A stretch of DNA of 64,000 bases from Paraphysomonas bandaiensis (lineage: Eukaryota; Protista; Chrysophyceae). Position 1 is the first letter of the stretch. Each line of letters opens with the position of its first letter. The stretch spans positions 345,946 through 409,945 of the forward strand of contig CBFFRP010000296.1 in assembly GCA_965644295.1 (NCBI GenBank), in the 5' to 3' direction. The notes beneath the pieces are model-generated. The model saw only the letters and a list, made by a program, of their open reading frames with translations, made no database searches and had not been told where the DNA came from. The translations under genes were made by a program, and so were the position numbers. Positions 42,993 to 57,900 of the stretch are shown here, piece by piece.

Positions 42993-45900
42993 ATGCAAAG
43001 ACTAGTTTGGCTATTATGTGCGTGTATGATGTGCGTCTGGAGGTGTGGTATGTCATACTCACATACAGGTACGCGCATTCCTTGTTCCCTGCCTTTTCAC
43101 TTATATATGTACGACATTAGGTCCAATGACGCATATTCGAAGAGAATTAACTGAGGCTGTCCTGGCTATGGATTTGCCTCCAACTGATTTAAATTTAAGC
43201 TGCACACAGACGTGTTCACCCTCACTCACGAATGTATCGTCCTATGACTTTTGCAAAGGGGTTATTGTTCTTGCGAATTGTAGTTATGAAGAAGTTGCGA
43301 CCTATTCATGCAACACTGACAGCTGTTTGAGAAACTGTAGTCAAGACGTAACATGTTTCTTGGAATCAGCAGCTGAAGTACTGTGCCCAATACTCATCAA
43401 TGCCGAATTAATTCCAACAACGTCACCCATTATAAGTCCAGCGTCTGCACCAACAGTGTCCCCTACATCGAACCCGACGTTTACTCCAAGTGTAGATCCA
43501 AGTGGTGTTCCTAGCATGGTACCTAGTGGTGAGCCGAGTTCATCACCAGTGACGTCACATCCTACGGTGGATGGGGAAACGAACGCACCCACTCATTCTC
43601 CAACGGCTCGGCCTACACGAAGTCCGACAGTGCATCCTACATCACTACCTACTGTATTTCCTACTCTGAGTCCAACGGGTGTTCCCAGTAGTATTCCCAG
43701 TAGGGTTCCGACAAGTGTTCCGACGTTGAGTCCGACAGCGACTCCAACCCACGATCCGACGTCAGTACCGAGTGTATCTCCTACGGTGGATCCAACGCGT
43801 TCCCCAACTGTATCTCCAACAGTGTCCCCTACATCGAACCCGACTTTTACTCCAAGTGGTGTTCCTAGCATGGTACCTAGTGGTGAGCCGAGTTCATCAC
43901 CAGTGACGTCACATCCTACGGTGGATGGGGAAACGAACGCACCCACTCATTCTCCAACGGCTCGGCCTACACGAAGTCCGACAGTGCATCCTACATCACT
44001 ACCTACTGTATTTCCTACTCTGAGTCCAACGGGTGTTCCCAGTAGTATTCCCAGTAGGGTTCCGACAAGTGTTCCGACGTTGAGTCCGACAGCGACTCCA
44101 ACCCACGATCCGACGTCAGTACCGAGTATATCTCCTACGGTGGATCCAACGCGTTCCCCAACTGTATCTCCAACAGTGTCCCCTACATCGAACCCGACTT
44201 TTACTCCAAGTGTAGATCCAAGTGGTGTTCCTAGCATGGTACCTAGTGGTGAGCCGAGTTCATCACCAGTGACGTCACATCCTACGGTGGATGGGGAAAC
44301 GAACGCACCCACTCATTCTCCAACGGCTCGGCCTACACGAAGTCCGACAGTGCATCCTACATCACTACCTACTGTATTTCCTACTCTGAGTCCAACGGGT
44401 GTTCCCAGTAGTATTCCCAGTAGGGTTCCGACAAGTGTTCCGACGTTGAGTCCGACAGTGACTCCAACCCACGATCCGACGTCAATACCGAGTGTATCTC
44501 CTACAGTGGATCCAACGCGTTCCCCAACTGTATCTCCAACAGTGTCCCCTACATCGAACCCGACTTTTACTCCAAGTGTAGATCCAAGTGGTGTTCCTAG
44601 CATGGTACCTAGTGGTGAGCCGAGTTCATCACCAGTGACGTCACATCCTACGGTGGATGGGGAAACGAACGCACCCACTCATTCTCCAACGGCTCGGCCT
44701 ACACGAAGTCCGACAGTGCATCCTACATCACTACCTACTGTATTTCCTACTCTGAGTCCAACGGGTGTTCCCAGTAGTATTCCCAGTAGGGTTCCGACAA
44801 GTGTTCCGACGTTGAGTCCGACAGCGACTCCAACCCACGATCCGACGTCAATACCGAGTGTATCTCCTACAGTGGATCCAACGCGTTCCCCAACTGTATC
44901 TCCAACAGTGTCCCCTACATCGAACCCGACTTTTACTCCAAGTGTAGATCCAAGTGGTGTTCCTAGCATGGTACCTAGTGGTGAGCCGAGTTCATCACCA
45001 GTGACGTCACATCCTACGGTGGATGGGGAAACGAACGCACCCACTCATTCTCCAACGGCTCGGCCTACACGAAGTCCGACAGTGCATCCTACATCACTAC
45101 CTACTGTATTTCCTACTCTGAGTCCAACGGGTGTTCCCAGTAGTATTCCCAGTAGGGTTCCGACAAGTGTTCCGACGTTGAGTCCGACAGTGACTCCAAC
45201 CCACGATCCGACGTCAGTACCGAGTGTATCTCCTACAGTGGACCCAACGCGTTCCCCAACTGTATCTCCAACAGTGTCCCCTACATCGAACCCGACTTTT
45301 ACTCCAAGTGTAGATCCAAGTGGTGTTCCTGGCATGGTACCTAGTGGTGAGCCGAGTTCATCACCAGTGACGTCACATCCTACGGTGGATGGGGAAACGA
45401 ACGCACCCACTCATTCTCCAACGGCTCGGCCTACACGAAGTCCGACAGTGCATCCTACATCACTACCTACTGTATGTCCTACTCTGAGTCCAACGGGTGT
45501 TCCCAGTAATATTCCCAGTAGGGTTCCGACAAGTGTTCCGACGTTGAGTCCGACAGTGACTCCAACCCACGATCCGACGTCAGTACCGAGTGTATCTCCT
45601 ACAGTGGATCCAACGCGTTCCCCAACTGTATCTCCAACAGTGTCCCCTACATCGAACCCGACTTTTACTCCAAGTGTAGATCCAAGTGGTGTTCCTAGCA
45701 TGGTACCTAGTGGTGAGCCGAGTTCATCACCAGTGACGTCACATCCTACGGTGGATGGGGAAACGAACGCACCCACTCATTCTCCAACGGCTCGGCCTAC
45801 ACCAAGTCCGACAGTGCATCCTACATCACTACCTACTGTATTTCCTACTCTGAGTCCAACGGGTGTTCCCAGTAGTATTCCCAGTAGGGTTCCGACAAGT

Positions 45901-48900
45901 GTTCCGACGTTGAGTCCGACAGTGACTCCAACCCACGATCCGACGTCAGTACCGAGTGTATCTCCTACAGTGGACCCAACGCGTTCCCCAACTGTATCTC
46001 CAACAGTGTCCCCTACATCGAACCCGACTTTTACTCCAAGTGTAGATCCAAGTGGTGTTCCTAGCATGGTACCTAGTGGTGAGCCGAGTTCATCACCAGT
46101 GACGTCACATCCTACGGTGGATGGGGAAACGAACGCACCCACTCATTCTCCAACGGCTCGGCCTACACCAAGTCCGACAGTGCATCCTACATCACTACCT
46201 ACTGTATTTCCTACTCTGAGTCCAACGGGTGTTCCCAGTAGTATTCCCAGTAGGGTTCCGACAAGTGTTCCGACGTTGAGTCCGACAGTGACTCCAACCC
46301 ACGATCCGACGTCAGTACCGAGTGTATCTCCTACAGTGGACCCAACGCGTTCCCCAACTGTATCTCCAACAGTGTCCCCTACATCGAACCCGACTTTTAC
46401 TCCAAGTGTAGATCCAAGTGGTGTTCCTAGCATGGTACCTAGTGGTGAGCCGAGTTCATCACCAGTGACGTCACATCCTACGGTGAATGGGGAAACGAAC
46501 GCACCCACTCATTCTCCAACGGCTCGGCCTACACGAAGTCCGACAGTGCATCCTACATCACTACCTACTGTATGTCCTACTCTGAGTCCAACGGGTGTTC
46601 CCAGTAGTATTCCCAGTAGGGTTCCGACAAGTGTTCCGACGTTGAGTCCGACAGTGACTCCAACCCACGATCCGACGTCAGTACCGAGTGTATCTCCTAC
46701 AGTGGACCCAACGCGTTCCCCAACTGTATCTCCAACAGTGTCCCCTACATCGAACCCGACTTTTACTCCAAGTGTAGATCCAAGTGGTGTTCCTAGCATG
46801 GTACCTAGTGGTGAGCCGAGTTCATCACCAGTGACGTCACATCCTACGGTGAATGGGGAAACGAACGCACCCACTCATTCTCCAACGGCTCGGCCTACAC
46901 CAAGTCCGACAGTGCATCCTACATCACTACCTACTGTATTTCCTACTCTGAGTCCAACGGGTGTTCCCAGTAGTATTCCCAGTAGGGTTCCGACAAGTGT
47001 TCCGACGTTGAGTCCGACAGTGACTCCAACCCACGATCCGACGTCAGTACCGAGTGTATCTCCTACAGTGGATCCAACGCGTTCCCCAACTGTATCTCCA
47101 ACAGTGTCCCCTACATCGAACCCGACTTTTACTCCAAGTGTAGATCCAAGTGGTGTTCCTAGCATGGTACCTAGTGGTGAGCCGAGTTCATCACCAGTGA
47201 CGTCACATCCTACGGTGGATGGGGAAACGAACGCACCCACTCATTCTCCAACGGCTCGGCCTACACGAAGTCCGACAGTGCATCCTACATCACTACCTAC
47301 TGTATTTCCTACTCTGAGTCCAACGGGTGTTCCCAGTAGTATTCCCAGTAGGGTTCCGACAAGTGTTCCGACGTTTAGTCCGACAGCGACTCCAACCCAC
47401 GATCCGACGTCAATACCGAGTGTATCTCCTACAGTGGATCCAACGCGTTCCCCAACTGTATCTCCAACAGTGTCCCCTACATCGAACCCGACGTTTACTC
47501 CAAGTGTAGATCCAAGTGGTGTTCCTAGCATGGTACCTAGTGGTGAGCCGAGTTCATCACCAGTGACGTCACATCCTACGGTGGATGGGGAAACGAACGC
47601 ACCCACTCATTCTCCAACGGCTCGGCCTACACGAAGTCCGACAGTGCATCCTACATCACTACCTACTGTATTTCCTACTCTGAGTCCAACGGGTGTTCCC
47701 AGTAGTATTCCCAGTAGGGTTCCGACAAGTGTTCCGACGTTGAGTCCGACAGCGACTCCAACCCACGATCCGACGTCAGTACCGAGTGTATCTCCTACAG
47801 TGGACCCAACGCGTTCCCCAACTGTATCTCCAACAGTGTCCCCTACATCGAACCCGACTTTTACTCCAAGTGTAGATCCAAGTGGTGTTCCTAGCATGGT
47901 ACCTAGTGGTGAGCCGAGTTCATCACCAGTGACGTCACATCCTACGGTGGATGGGGAAACGAACGCACCCACTCATTCTCCAACGGCTCGGCCTACACGA
48001 AGTCCGACAGTGCATCCTACATCACTACCTACTGTATGTCCTACTCTGAGTCCAACGGGTGTTCCCAGTAGTATTCCCAGTAGGGTTCCGACAAGTGTTC
48101 CGACGTTGAGTCCGACAGCGACTCCAACCCACGATCCGACGTCAGTACCGAGTGTATCTCCTACAGTGGACCCAACGCGTTCCCCAACTGTATCTCCAAC
48201 AGTGTCCCCTACATCGAACCCGACTTTTACTCCAAGTGTAGATCCAAGTGGTGTTCCTAGCATGGTACCTAGTGGTGAGCCGAGTTCATCACCAGTGACG
48301 TCACATCCTACGGTGGATGGGGAAACGAACGCACCCACTCATTCTCCAACGGCTCGGCCTACACGAAGTCCGACAGTGCATCCTACATCACTACCTACTG
48401 TATTTCCTACTCTGAGTCCAACGGGTGTTCCCAGTAGTATTCCCAGTAGGGTTCCGACAAGTGTTCCGACGTTGAGTCCGACAGCGACTCCAACCCACGA
48501 TCCGACGTCAGTACCGAGTGTATCTCCTACAGTGGACCCAACGCGTTCCCCAACTGTATCTCCAACAGTGTCCCCTACATCGAACCCGACGTTTACTCCA
48601 AGTGTAGATCCAAGTGGTGTTCCTAGCATGGTACCTAGTGGTGAGCCGAGTTCATCACCAGTGACGTCACATCCTACGGTGGATGGGGAAACGAACGCAC
48701 CCACTCATTCTCCAACGGCTCGGCCTACACGAAGTCCGACAGTGCATCCTACATCACTACCTACTGTATTTCCTACTCTGAGTCCAACGGGTGTTCCCAG
48801 TAGTATTCCCAGTAGGGTTCCGACAAGTGTTCCGACGTTGAGTCCGACAGCGACTCCAACCCACGATCCGACGTCAGTACCGAGTGTATCTCCTACAGTG

Positions 48901-51900
48901 GATCCAACGCGTTCCCCAACTGTATCTCCAACAGTGTCCCCTACATCGAACCCGACGTTTACTCCAAGTGTAGATCCAAGTGGTGTTCCTAGCATGGTAC
49001 CTAGTGGTGAGCCGAGTTCATCACCAGTGACGTCACATCCTACGGTGGATGGGGAAACGAACGCACCCACTCATTCTCCAACGGCTCGGCCTACACGAAG
49101 TCCGACAGTGCATCCTACATCACTACCTACTGTATTTCCTACTCTGAGTCCAACGGGTGTTCCCAGTAGTATTCCCAGTAGGGTTCCGACAAGTGTTCCG
49201 ACGTTGAGTCCGACAGCGACTCCAACCCACGATCCGACGTCAGTACCGAGTGTATCTCCTACAGTGGACCCAACGCGTTCCCCAACTGTATCTCCAACAG
49301 TGTCCCCTACATCGAACCCGACGTTTACTCCAAGTGTAGATCCAAGTGGTGTTCCTAGCATGGTACCTAGTGGTGAGCCGAGTTCATCACCAGTGACGTC
49401 ACATCCTACGGTGGATGGGGAAACGAACGCACCCACTCATTCTCCAACGGCTCGGCCTACACGAAGTCCGACAGTGCATCCTACATCACTACCTACTGTA
49501 TTTCCTACTCTGAGTCCAACGGGTGTTCCCAGTAGTATTCCCAGTAGGGTTCCGACAAGTGTTCCGACGTTGAGTCCGACAGCGACTCCAACCCACGATC
49601 CGACGTCAGTACCGAGTGTATCTCCTACAGTGGACCCAACGCGTTCCCCAACTGTATCTCCAACAGTGTCCCCTACATCGAACCCGACGTTTACTCCAAG
49701 TGTAGATCCAAGTGGTGTTCCTAGCATGGTACCTAGTGGTGAGCCGAGTTCATCACCAGTGACGTCACATCCTACGGTGGATGGGGAAACGAACGCACCC
49801 ACTCATTCTCCAACGGCTCGGCCTACACGAAGTCCGACAGTGCATCCTACATCACTACCTACTGTATTTCCTACTCTGAGTCCAACGGGTGTTCCCAGTA
49901 GTATTCCCAGTAGGGTTCCGACAAGTGTTCCGACGTTGAGTCCGACAGCGACTCCAACCCACGATCCGACGTCAGTACCGAGTGTATCTCCTACAGTGGA
50001 CCCAACGCGTTCCCCAACTGTATCTCCAACAGTGTCCCCTACATCGAACCCGACGTTTACTCCAAGTGTAGATCCAAGTGGTGTTCCTAGCATGGTACCT
50101 AGTGGTGAGCCGAGTTCATCACCAGTGACGTCACATCCTACGGTGGATGGGGAAACGAACGCACCCACTCATTCTCCAACGGCTCGGCCTACACCAAGTC
50201 CGACAGTGCATCCTACATCACTACCTACTGTATTTCCTACTCTGAGTCCAACGGGTGTTCCCAGTAGTATTCCCAGTAGGGTTCCGACAAGTGTTCCGAC
50301 GTTGAGTCCGACAGCGACTCCAACCCACGATCCGACGTCAGTACCGAGTGTATCTCCTACAGTGGACCCAACGCGTTCCCCAACTGTATCTCCAACAGTG
50401 TCCCCTACATCGAACCCGACGTTTACTCCAAGTGTAGATCCAAGTGGTGTTCCTAGCATGGTACCTAGTGGTGAGCCGAGTTCGTCACCAGTGACGTCAC
50501 ATCCTACGGTGGATGGGGAAACGAACGCACCCACTCATTCTCCAACGGCTCGGCCTACACGAAGTCCGACAGTGCATCCTACATCACTACCTACTGTATT
50601 TCCTACTCTGTGTCCAACGGGTGTTCCCAGTAGTATTCCCAGTAGGGTTCCGACAAGTGTTCCGACGTTGAGTCCGACAGCGACTCCAACCCACGATCCG
50701 ACATCAGTACCGAGTGTATCTCCTACAGTGGATCCAACGCGTTCCCCAACTGTATCTCCAACAGTGTCCCCTACATCGAACCCGACGTTTACTCCAAGTG
50801 TAGATCCAAGTGGTGTTCCTAGCATGGTACCTAGTGGTGAGCCGAGTGAATCTCCGACGTCACCGACGCTAGCTCCATCTATTGATTATAGATTTGTTAA
50901 TGTGTCTACATATTTGGTTCGTGGTGGTGTAGTTGGAGTTGAGTTTGGGCAATATTTAGGCGATTCTGGTGTGTTTGTGAGTAATGGTACTACAGTACTC
51001 TTTATAGTTGGTGTCAGTGTGGATTCATATGATTCCACCGCATTCCACCAAGTTTTGATGGTGGCTGGTGGCTCAGTATCAGGCAGTCGGGATGGCAGTT
51101 TTGATAGCAGTGACGCTTTATTTGCGAGTGTTAGTAGGATGAAATACGACGATATATCGAGCGTATTGTACGCATGCAGCGACGAGAGTAATGTGATTCG
51201 AATACTTGATTTGGAAGGACGACATGTGCATACTATCTCTGATGTGGGTGGTAATCGATTGTTGTTTAGCAGTCGTCAAGGATACAGCACGGGAGGTCGA
51301 TTTCCTGGTATGGATATTGACAAGGCAGGTTCGTATTTATATGTGACGGATCGCACGAACTTGTACAACCTTACTCGAGACACGACATCTTCATCGATAT
51401 CAGCGTATGTTCGTGAGGAATATGTAGCATTGACACAATTCAAGGCAGCTAATTCGTGGCCTGAGAATGTGTACATATTTGGTGTTGCTTCTGTCGAGAG
51501 TCACGGCATGGTGTATGTGACAGTGTCCTTGGGTTTGAATCTGTTGTTGAAGATACCAATGCGTGTGGCGCACTATTCGGAGATATCAGTGTTAGCGGGC
51601 AATCCAAGTGAAGTGTATGGGGGTATTTCTGATGATACTCACACCCCTTACCTTCAGGACGGGTTTGGCACAGATGCGTTACTGGCTTTTCCATCGAGTA
51701 TAGCATATGACCCTGTGGAGGATGCTCTGTACTTCACAGAGAGTTTTACGGAGTTTAGCGATATTATCGATGATTTATATGTTGGCTCTATGACGGTTCG
51801 GAAGTACTCTGTGTACTCTGGCTATGTGAGTACGTATGCTGGTTATGACTTTTCTCAAAATCGCGATGAGCAAGGTTCATATTTCACCGCTGGTGGTTAT

Positions 51901-54900
51901 CAGGACGGTTGGGCTGGAGTAGCTCAGTTTTCGTATCCACTAACGATATGTTATGCGTTCTCTCATTTGAACCGGCCAGTGTTGTTTTTAACGGATTTCT
52001 TCAACGATGCAATTCGTGTGGTATATACTGGTATTGGGGCTGTGCCAGCATTGTCAACCACGTCGCCCACAATGCGGCCAACGCGTCTCCCAACATCTTT
52101 CCCTACGCAAGAGCCAACAATTACTCTAACATCACATCCCACCATCCGACCGAGTTTGAGTCCTACATCCACTCCTACACAAGTCCCATCTGTATCTCCG
52201 ACATTGATACCTTCATATTTACCGACGACGTATCCCAGTACTACACCAAGTGGTGTTCCGACAAGGGTTCCTAGTGATGAACCTAGTCTACGTCCTACAA
52301 CATCACGTCCTACGGTAGATGGAGAAACTGTGCAGCCGACACCCCTCCCCACATTACATCCTACACGTAGTCCTACACAGCATCCGACATCGAATCCCAG
52401 TTGCAGCCCAACCTTTCGACCAACCTTACCACCTACTTTCAATCCCACCCGAATTCCAACAACAATACCAACTTCATTACCCACGTCGAATCCGTCGTTT
52501 GCTCCAACATTATCCCCTACATCGAACCCGACGTTTACTCCAAGTGTAGATCCAAGTGGTGTTCCTAGCATGGTACCTAGTGGTGAGCCGAGTTCGTCAC
52601 CAGTGACGTCACATCCTACGGTGGATGGGGAAACGAACGCACCCACTCATTCTCCAACGGCTCGGCCTACACGAAGTCCGACAGTGCATCCTACATCACT
52701 ACCTACTGTATTTCCTACTCTGTGTCCAACGGGTGTTCCCAGTAGTATTCCCAGTAGGGTTCCGACAAGTGTTCCGACGTTGAGTCCGACAGCGACTCCA
52801 ACCCACGATCCGACATCAGTACCGAGTGTATCTCCTACAGTGGATCCAACGCGTTCCCCAACTGTATCTCCAACAGTGTCCCCTACATCGAACCCGACGT
52901 TTACTCCAAGTGTAGATCCAAGTGGTGTTCCTAGCATGGTACCTAGTGGTGAGCCGAGTGAATCTCCGACGTCACCGACGCTAGCTCCATCTATTGATTA
53001 TAGATTTGTTAATGTGTCTACATATTTGGTTCGTGGTGGTGTAGTTGGAGTTGAGTTTGGGCAATATTTAGGCGATTCTGGTGTGTTTGTGAGTAATGGT
53101 ACTACAGTACTCTTTATAGTTGGTGTCAGTGTGGATTCATATGATTCCACCGCATTCCACCAAGTTTTGATGGTGGCTGGTGGCTCAGTATCAGGCAGTC
53201 GGGATGGCAGTTTTGATAGCAGTGACGCTTTATTTGCGAGTGTTAGTAGGATGAAATACGACGATATATCGAGCGTATTGTACGCATGCAGCGACGAGAG
53301 TAATGTGATTCGAATACTTGATTTGGAAGGACGATATGTGCATACTATCTCTGATGTGGGTGGTAATCGATTGTTGTTTAGCAGTCGTCAAGGATACAGC
53401 ACGGGAGGTCGATTTCCTGGTATGGATATTGACAAGGCAGGTTCGTATTTATATGTGACGGATCGCACGAACTTGTACAACCTTACTCGAGACACGACAT
53501 CTTCATCGATATCAGCGTATGTTCGTGAGGAATATGTAGCATTGACACAATTCAAGGCAGCTAATTCGTGGCCTGAGAATGTGTACATATTTGGTGTTGC
53601 TTCTGTCGAGAGTCACGGCATGGTGTATGTGACAGTGTCCTTGGGTTTGAATCTGTTGTTGAAGATACCAATGCGTGTGGCGCACTATTCGGAGATATCA
53701 GTGTTAGCGGGCAATCCAAGTGAAGTGTATGGGGGTATTTCTGATGATACTCACACCCCTTACCTTCAGGACGGGTTTGGCACAGATGCGTTACTGGCTT
53801 TTCCATCGAGTATAGCATATGACCCTGTGGAGGATGCTCTGTACTTCACAGAGAGTTTTACGGAGTTTAGCGATATTATCGATGATTTATATGTTGGCTC
53901 TATGACGGTTCGGAAGTACTCTGTGTACTCTGGCTATGTGAGTACGTATGCTGGTTATGACTTTTCTCAAAATCGCGATGAGCAAGGTTCATATTTCACC
54001 GCTGGTGGTTATCAGGACGGTTGGGCTGGAGTAGCTCAGTTTTCGTATCCACTAACGATATGTTATGCGTTCTCTCATTTGAACCGGCCAGTGTTGTTTT
54101 TAACGGATTTCTTCAACGATGCAATTCGTGTGGTATATACTGGTATTGGGGCTGTGCCAGCATTGTCAACCACGTCGCCCACAATGCGGCCAACGCGTCT
54201 CCCAACATCTTTCCCTACGCAAGAGCCAACAATTACTCTAACATCACATCCCACCATCCGACCGAGTTTGAGTCCTACATCCACTCCTACACAAGTCCCA
54301 TCTGTATCTCCGACATTGATACCTTCATATTTACCGACGACGTATCCCAGTACTACACCAAGTGGTGTTCCGACAAGGGTTCCTAGTGATGAACCTAGTC
54401 TACGTCCTACAACATCACGTCCTACGGTAGATGGAGAAACTGTGCAGCCGACACCCTTCCCCACATTACATCCTACACGTAGTCCTACACAGCATCCGAC
54501 ATCGAATCCCAGTTGCAGCCCAACCTTTCGACCAACCTTACCACCTACTTTCAATCCCACCCGAATTCCAACAACAATACCAACTTCATTACCCACGTCG
54601 AATCCGTCGTTTGCTCCAACATTATCCCCTACATCGAACCCGACGTTTACTCCAAGTGTAGATCCAAGTGGTGTTCCTAGCATGGTACCTAGTGGTGAGC
54701 CGAGTTCATCACCAGTGACGTCACATCCTACGGTGGATGGGGAAACGAACGCACCCACTCATTCTCCAACGGCTCGGCCTACACGAAGTCCGACAGTGCA
54801 TCCTACATCACTACCTACTGTATTTCCTACTCTGAGTCCAACGGGTGTTCCCAGTAGTATTCCCAGTAGGGTTCCGACAAGTGTTCCGACGTTGAGTCCG

Positions 54901-57900
54901 ACAGCGACTCCAACCCACGATCCGACGTCAGTACCGAGTGTATCTCCTACAGTGGATCCAACGCGTTCCCCAACTGTATCTCCAACAGTGTCCCCTACAT
55001 CGAACCCGACGTTTACTCCAAGTGTAGATCCAAGTGGTGTTCCTAGCATGGTACCTAGTGGTGAGCCGAGTGAATCTCCGACGTCACCGACGCTAGCTCC
55101 ATCTATTGATTATAGATTTGTTAATGTGTCTACATATTTGGTTCGTGGTGGTGTAGTTGGAGTTGAGTTTGGGCAATATTTAGGCGATTCTGGTGTGTTT
55201 GTGAGTAATGGTACTACAGTACTCTTTATAGTTGGTGTCAGTGTGGATTCATATGATTCCACCGCATTCCACCAAGTTTTGATGGTGGCTGGTGGCTCAG
55301 TATCAGGCAGTCGGGATGGCAGTTTTGATAGCAGTGACGCTTTATTTGCGAGTGTTAGTAGGATGAAATACGACGATATATCGAGCGTATTGTACGCATG
55401 CAGCGACGAGAGTAATGTGATTCGAATACTTGATTTGGAAGGACGATATGTGCATACTATCTCTGATGTGGGTGGTAATCGATTGTTGTTTAGCAGTCGT
55501 CAAGGATACAGCACGGGAGGTCGATTTCCTGGTATGGATATTGACAAGGCAGGTTCGTATTTATATGTGACGGATCGCACGAACTTGTACAACCTTACTC
55601 GAGACACGACATCTTCATCGATATCAGCGTATGTTCGTGAGGAATATGTAGCATTGACACAATTCAAGGCAGCTAATTCGTGGCCTGAGAATGTGTACAT
55701 ATTTGGTGTTGCTTCTGTCGAGAGTCACGGCATGGTGTATGTGACAGTGTCCTTGGGTTTGAATCTGTTGTTGAAGATACCAATGCGTGTGGCGCACTAT
55801 TCGGAGATATCAGTGTTAGCGGGCAATCCAAGTGAAGTGTATGGGGGTATTTCTGATGATACTCACACCCCTTACCTTCAGGACGGGTTTGGCACAGATG
55901 CGTTACTGGCTTTTCCATCGAGTATAGCATATGACCCTGTGGAGGATGCTCTGTACTTCACAGAGAGTTTTACGGAGTTTAGCGATATTATCGATGATTT
56001 ATATGTTGGCTCTATGACGGTTCGGAAGTACTCTGTGTACTCTGGCTATGTGAGTACGTATGCTGGTTATGACTTTTCTCAAAATCGCGATGAGCAAGGT
56101 TCATATTTCACCGCTGGTGGTTATCAGGACGGTTGGGCTGGAGTAGCTCAGTTTTCGTATCCACTAACGATATGTTATGCGTTCTCTCATTTGAACCGGC
56201 CAGTGTTGTTTTTAACGGATTTCTTCAACGATGCAATTCGTGTGGTATATACTGGTATTGGGGCTGTGCCAGCATTGTCAACCACGTCGCCCACAATGCG
56301 GCCAACGCGTCTCCCAACATCTTTCCCTACGCAAGAGCCAACAATTACTCCAACATCACATCCCACCATCCGACCGAGTTTGAGTCTTACATCCACTCCT
56401 ACACAAGTCCCATCTGTATCTCCGACATTGATACCTTCATATTTACCGACGTCATATCCCAGTACTACACCAAGTGGTGTTCCGACAAGGGTTCCTAGTG
56501 ATGAACCTAGTCTACGTCCTACAACATCACGTCCTACAACATCACGTCCTACGGTAGATGGAGAAACTGTGCAGCCGACACCCTTCCCCACATTACATCC
56601 TACACGTAGTCCTACACAGCATCCGACATCGAATCCCAGTTGCAGCCCAACCTTTCGACCAACCTTACCACCTACTTTCAATCCCACCCGAATTCCAACA
56701 ACAATACCAACTTCATTACCCACGTCGAATCCGTCGTTTGCTCCAACATTATCCCCTACATCGAACCCGACGTTTACTCCAAGTGTAGATCCAAGTGGTG
56801 TTCCTAGCATGGTACCTAGTGGTGAGCCGAGTTCATCACCAGTGACGTCACATCCTACGGTGGATGGGGAAACGAACGCACCCACTCATTCTCCAACGGC
56901 TCGGCCTACACTAAGTCCGACAGTGCATCCTACATCACTACCTACTGTATTTCCTACTCTGAGTCCAACGGGTGTTCCCAGTAGTATTCCCAGTAGGGTT
57001 CCGACAAGTGTTCCGACGTTGAGTCCGACAGCGACTCCAACCCACGATCCGACGTCAGTACCGAGTGTATCTCCAACAGTGTCCCCTACATCGAACCCGA
57101 CGTTTACTCCAAGTGTAGATTCAAGTGGTGTTCCTAGCATGGTACCTAGTGGTGAGCCGAGTGAATCTCCGACGTCACCGACGCTAGCTCCATCTATTGA
57201 TTATAGATTTGTTAATGTGTCTACATATTTGGTTCGTGGTGGTGTAGTTGGAGTTGAGTTTGGGCAATATTTAGGCGATTCTGGTGTGTTTGTGAGTAAT
57301 GGTACTACAGTACTCTTTATAGTTGGTGTCAGTGTGGATTCATATGATTCCACCGCATTCCACCAAGTTTTGATGGTGGCTGGTGGCTCAGTATCAGGCA
57401 GTCGGGATGGCAGTTTTGATAGCAGTGACGCTTTATTTGCGAGTGTTAGTAGGATGAAATACGACGATATATCGAGCGTATTGTACGCATGCAGCGACGA
57501 GAGTAATGTGATTCGAATACTTGATTTGGAAGGACGACATGTGCATACTATCTCTGATGTGGGTGGTAATCGATTGTTGTTTAGCAGTCGTCAAGGATAC
57601 AACACGGGAGGTCGATTTCCTGGTATGGATATTGACAAGGCAGGTTCGTATTTATATGTGACGGATCGCACGAACTTGTACAACCTTACTCGAGACACGA
57701 CATCTTCATCGATATCAGCGTATGTTCGTGAGGAATATGTAGCATTGACACAATTCAAGGCAGCTAATTCGTGGCCTGAGAATGTGTACATATTTGGTGT
57801 TGCTTCTGTCGAGAGTCACGGCATGGTGTATGTGACAGTGTCCTTGGGTTTGAATCTGTTGTTAAAGATACCAATGCGTGTGGCGCACTATTCGGAGATA

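Noticed and set aside
43450-50848. Regular repeat array as a possible CRISPR array or non-coding satellite
   Set aside because: No unique spacers; whole units are near-identical, in frame and protein-coding; eukaryotic context.
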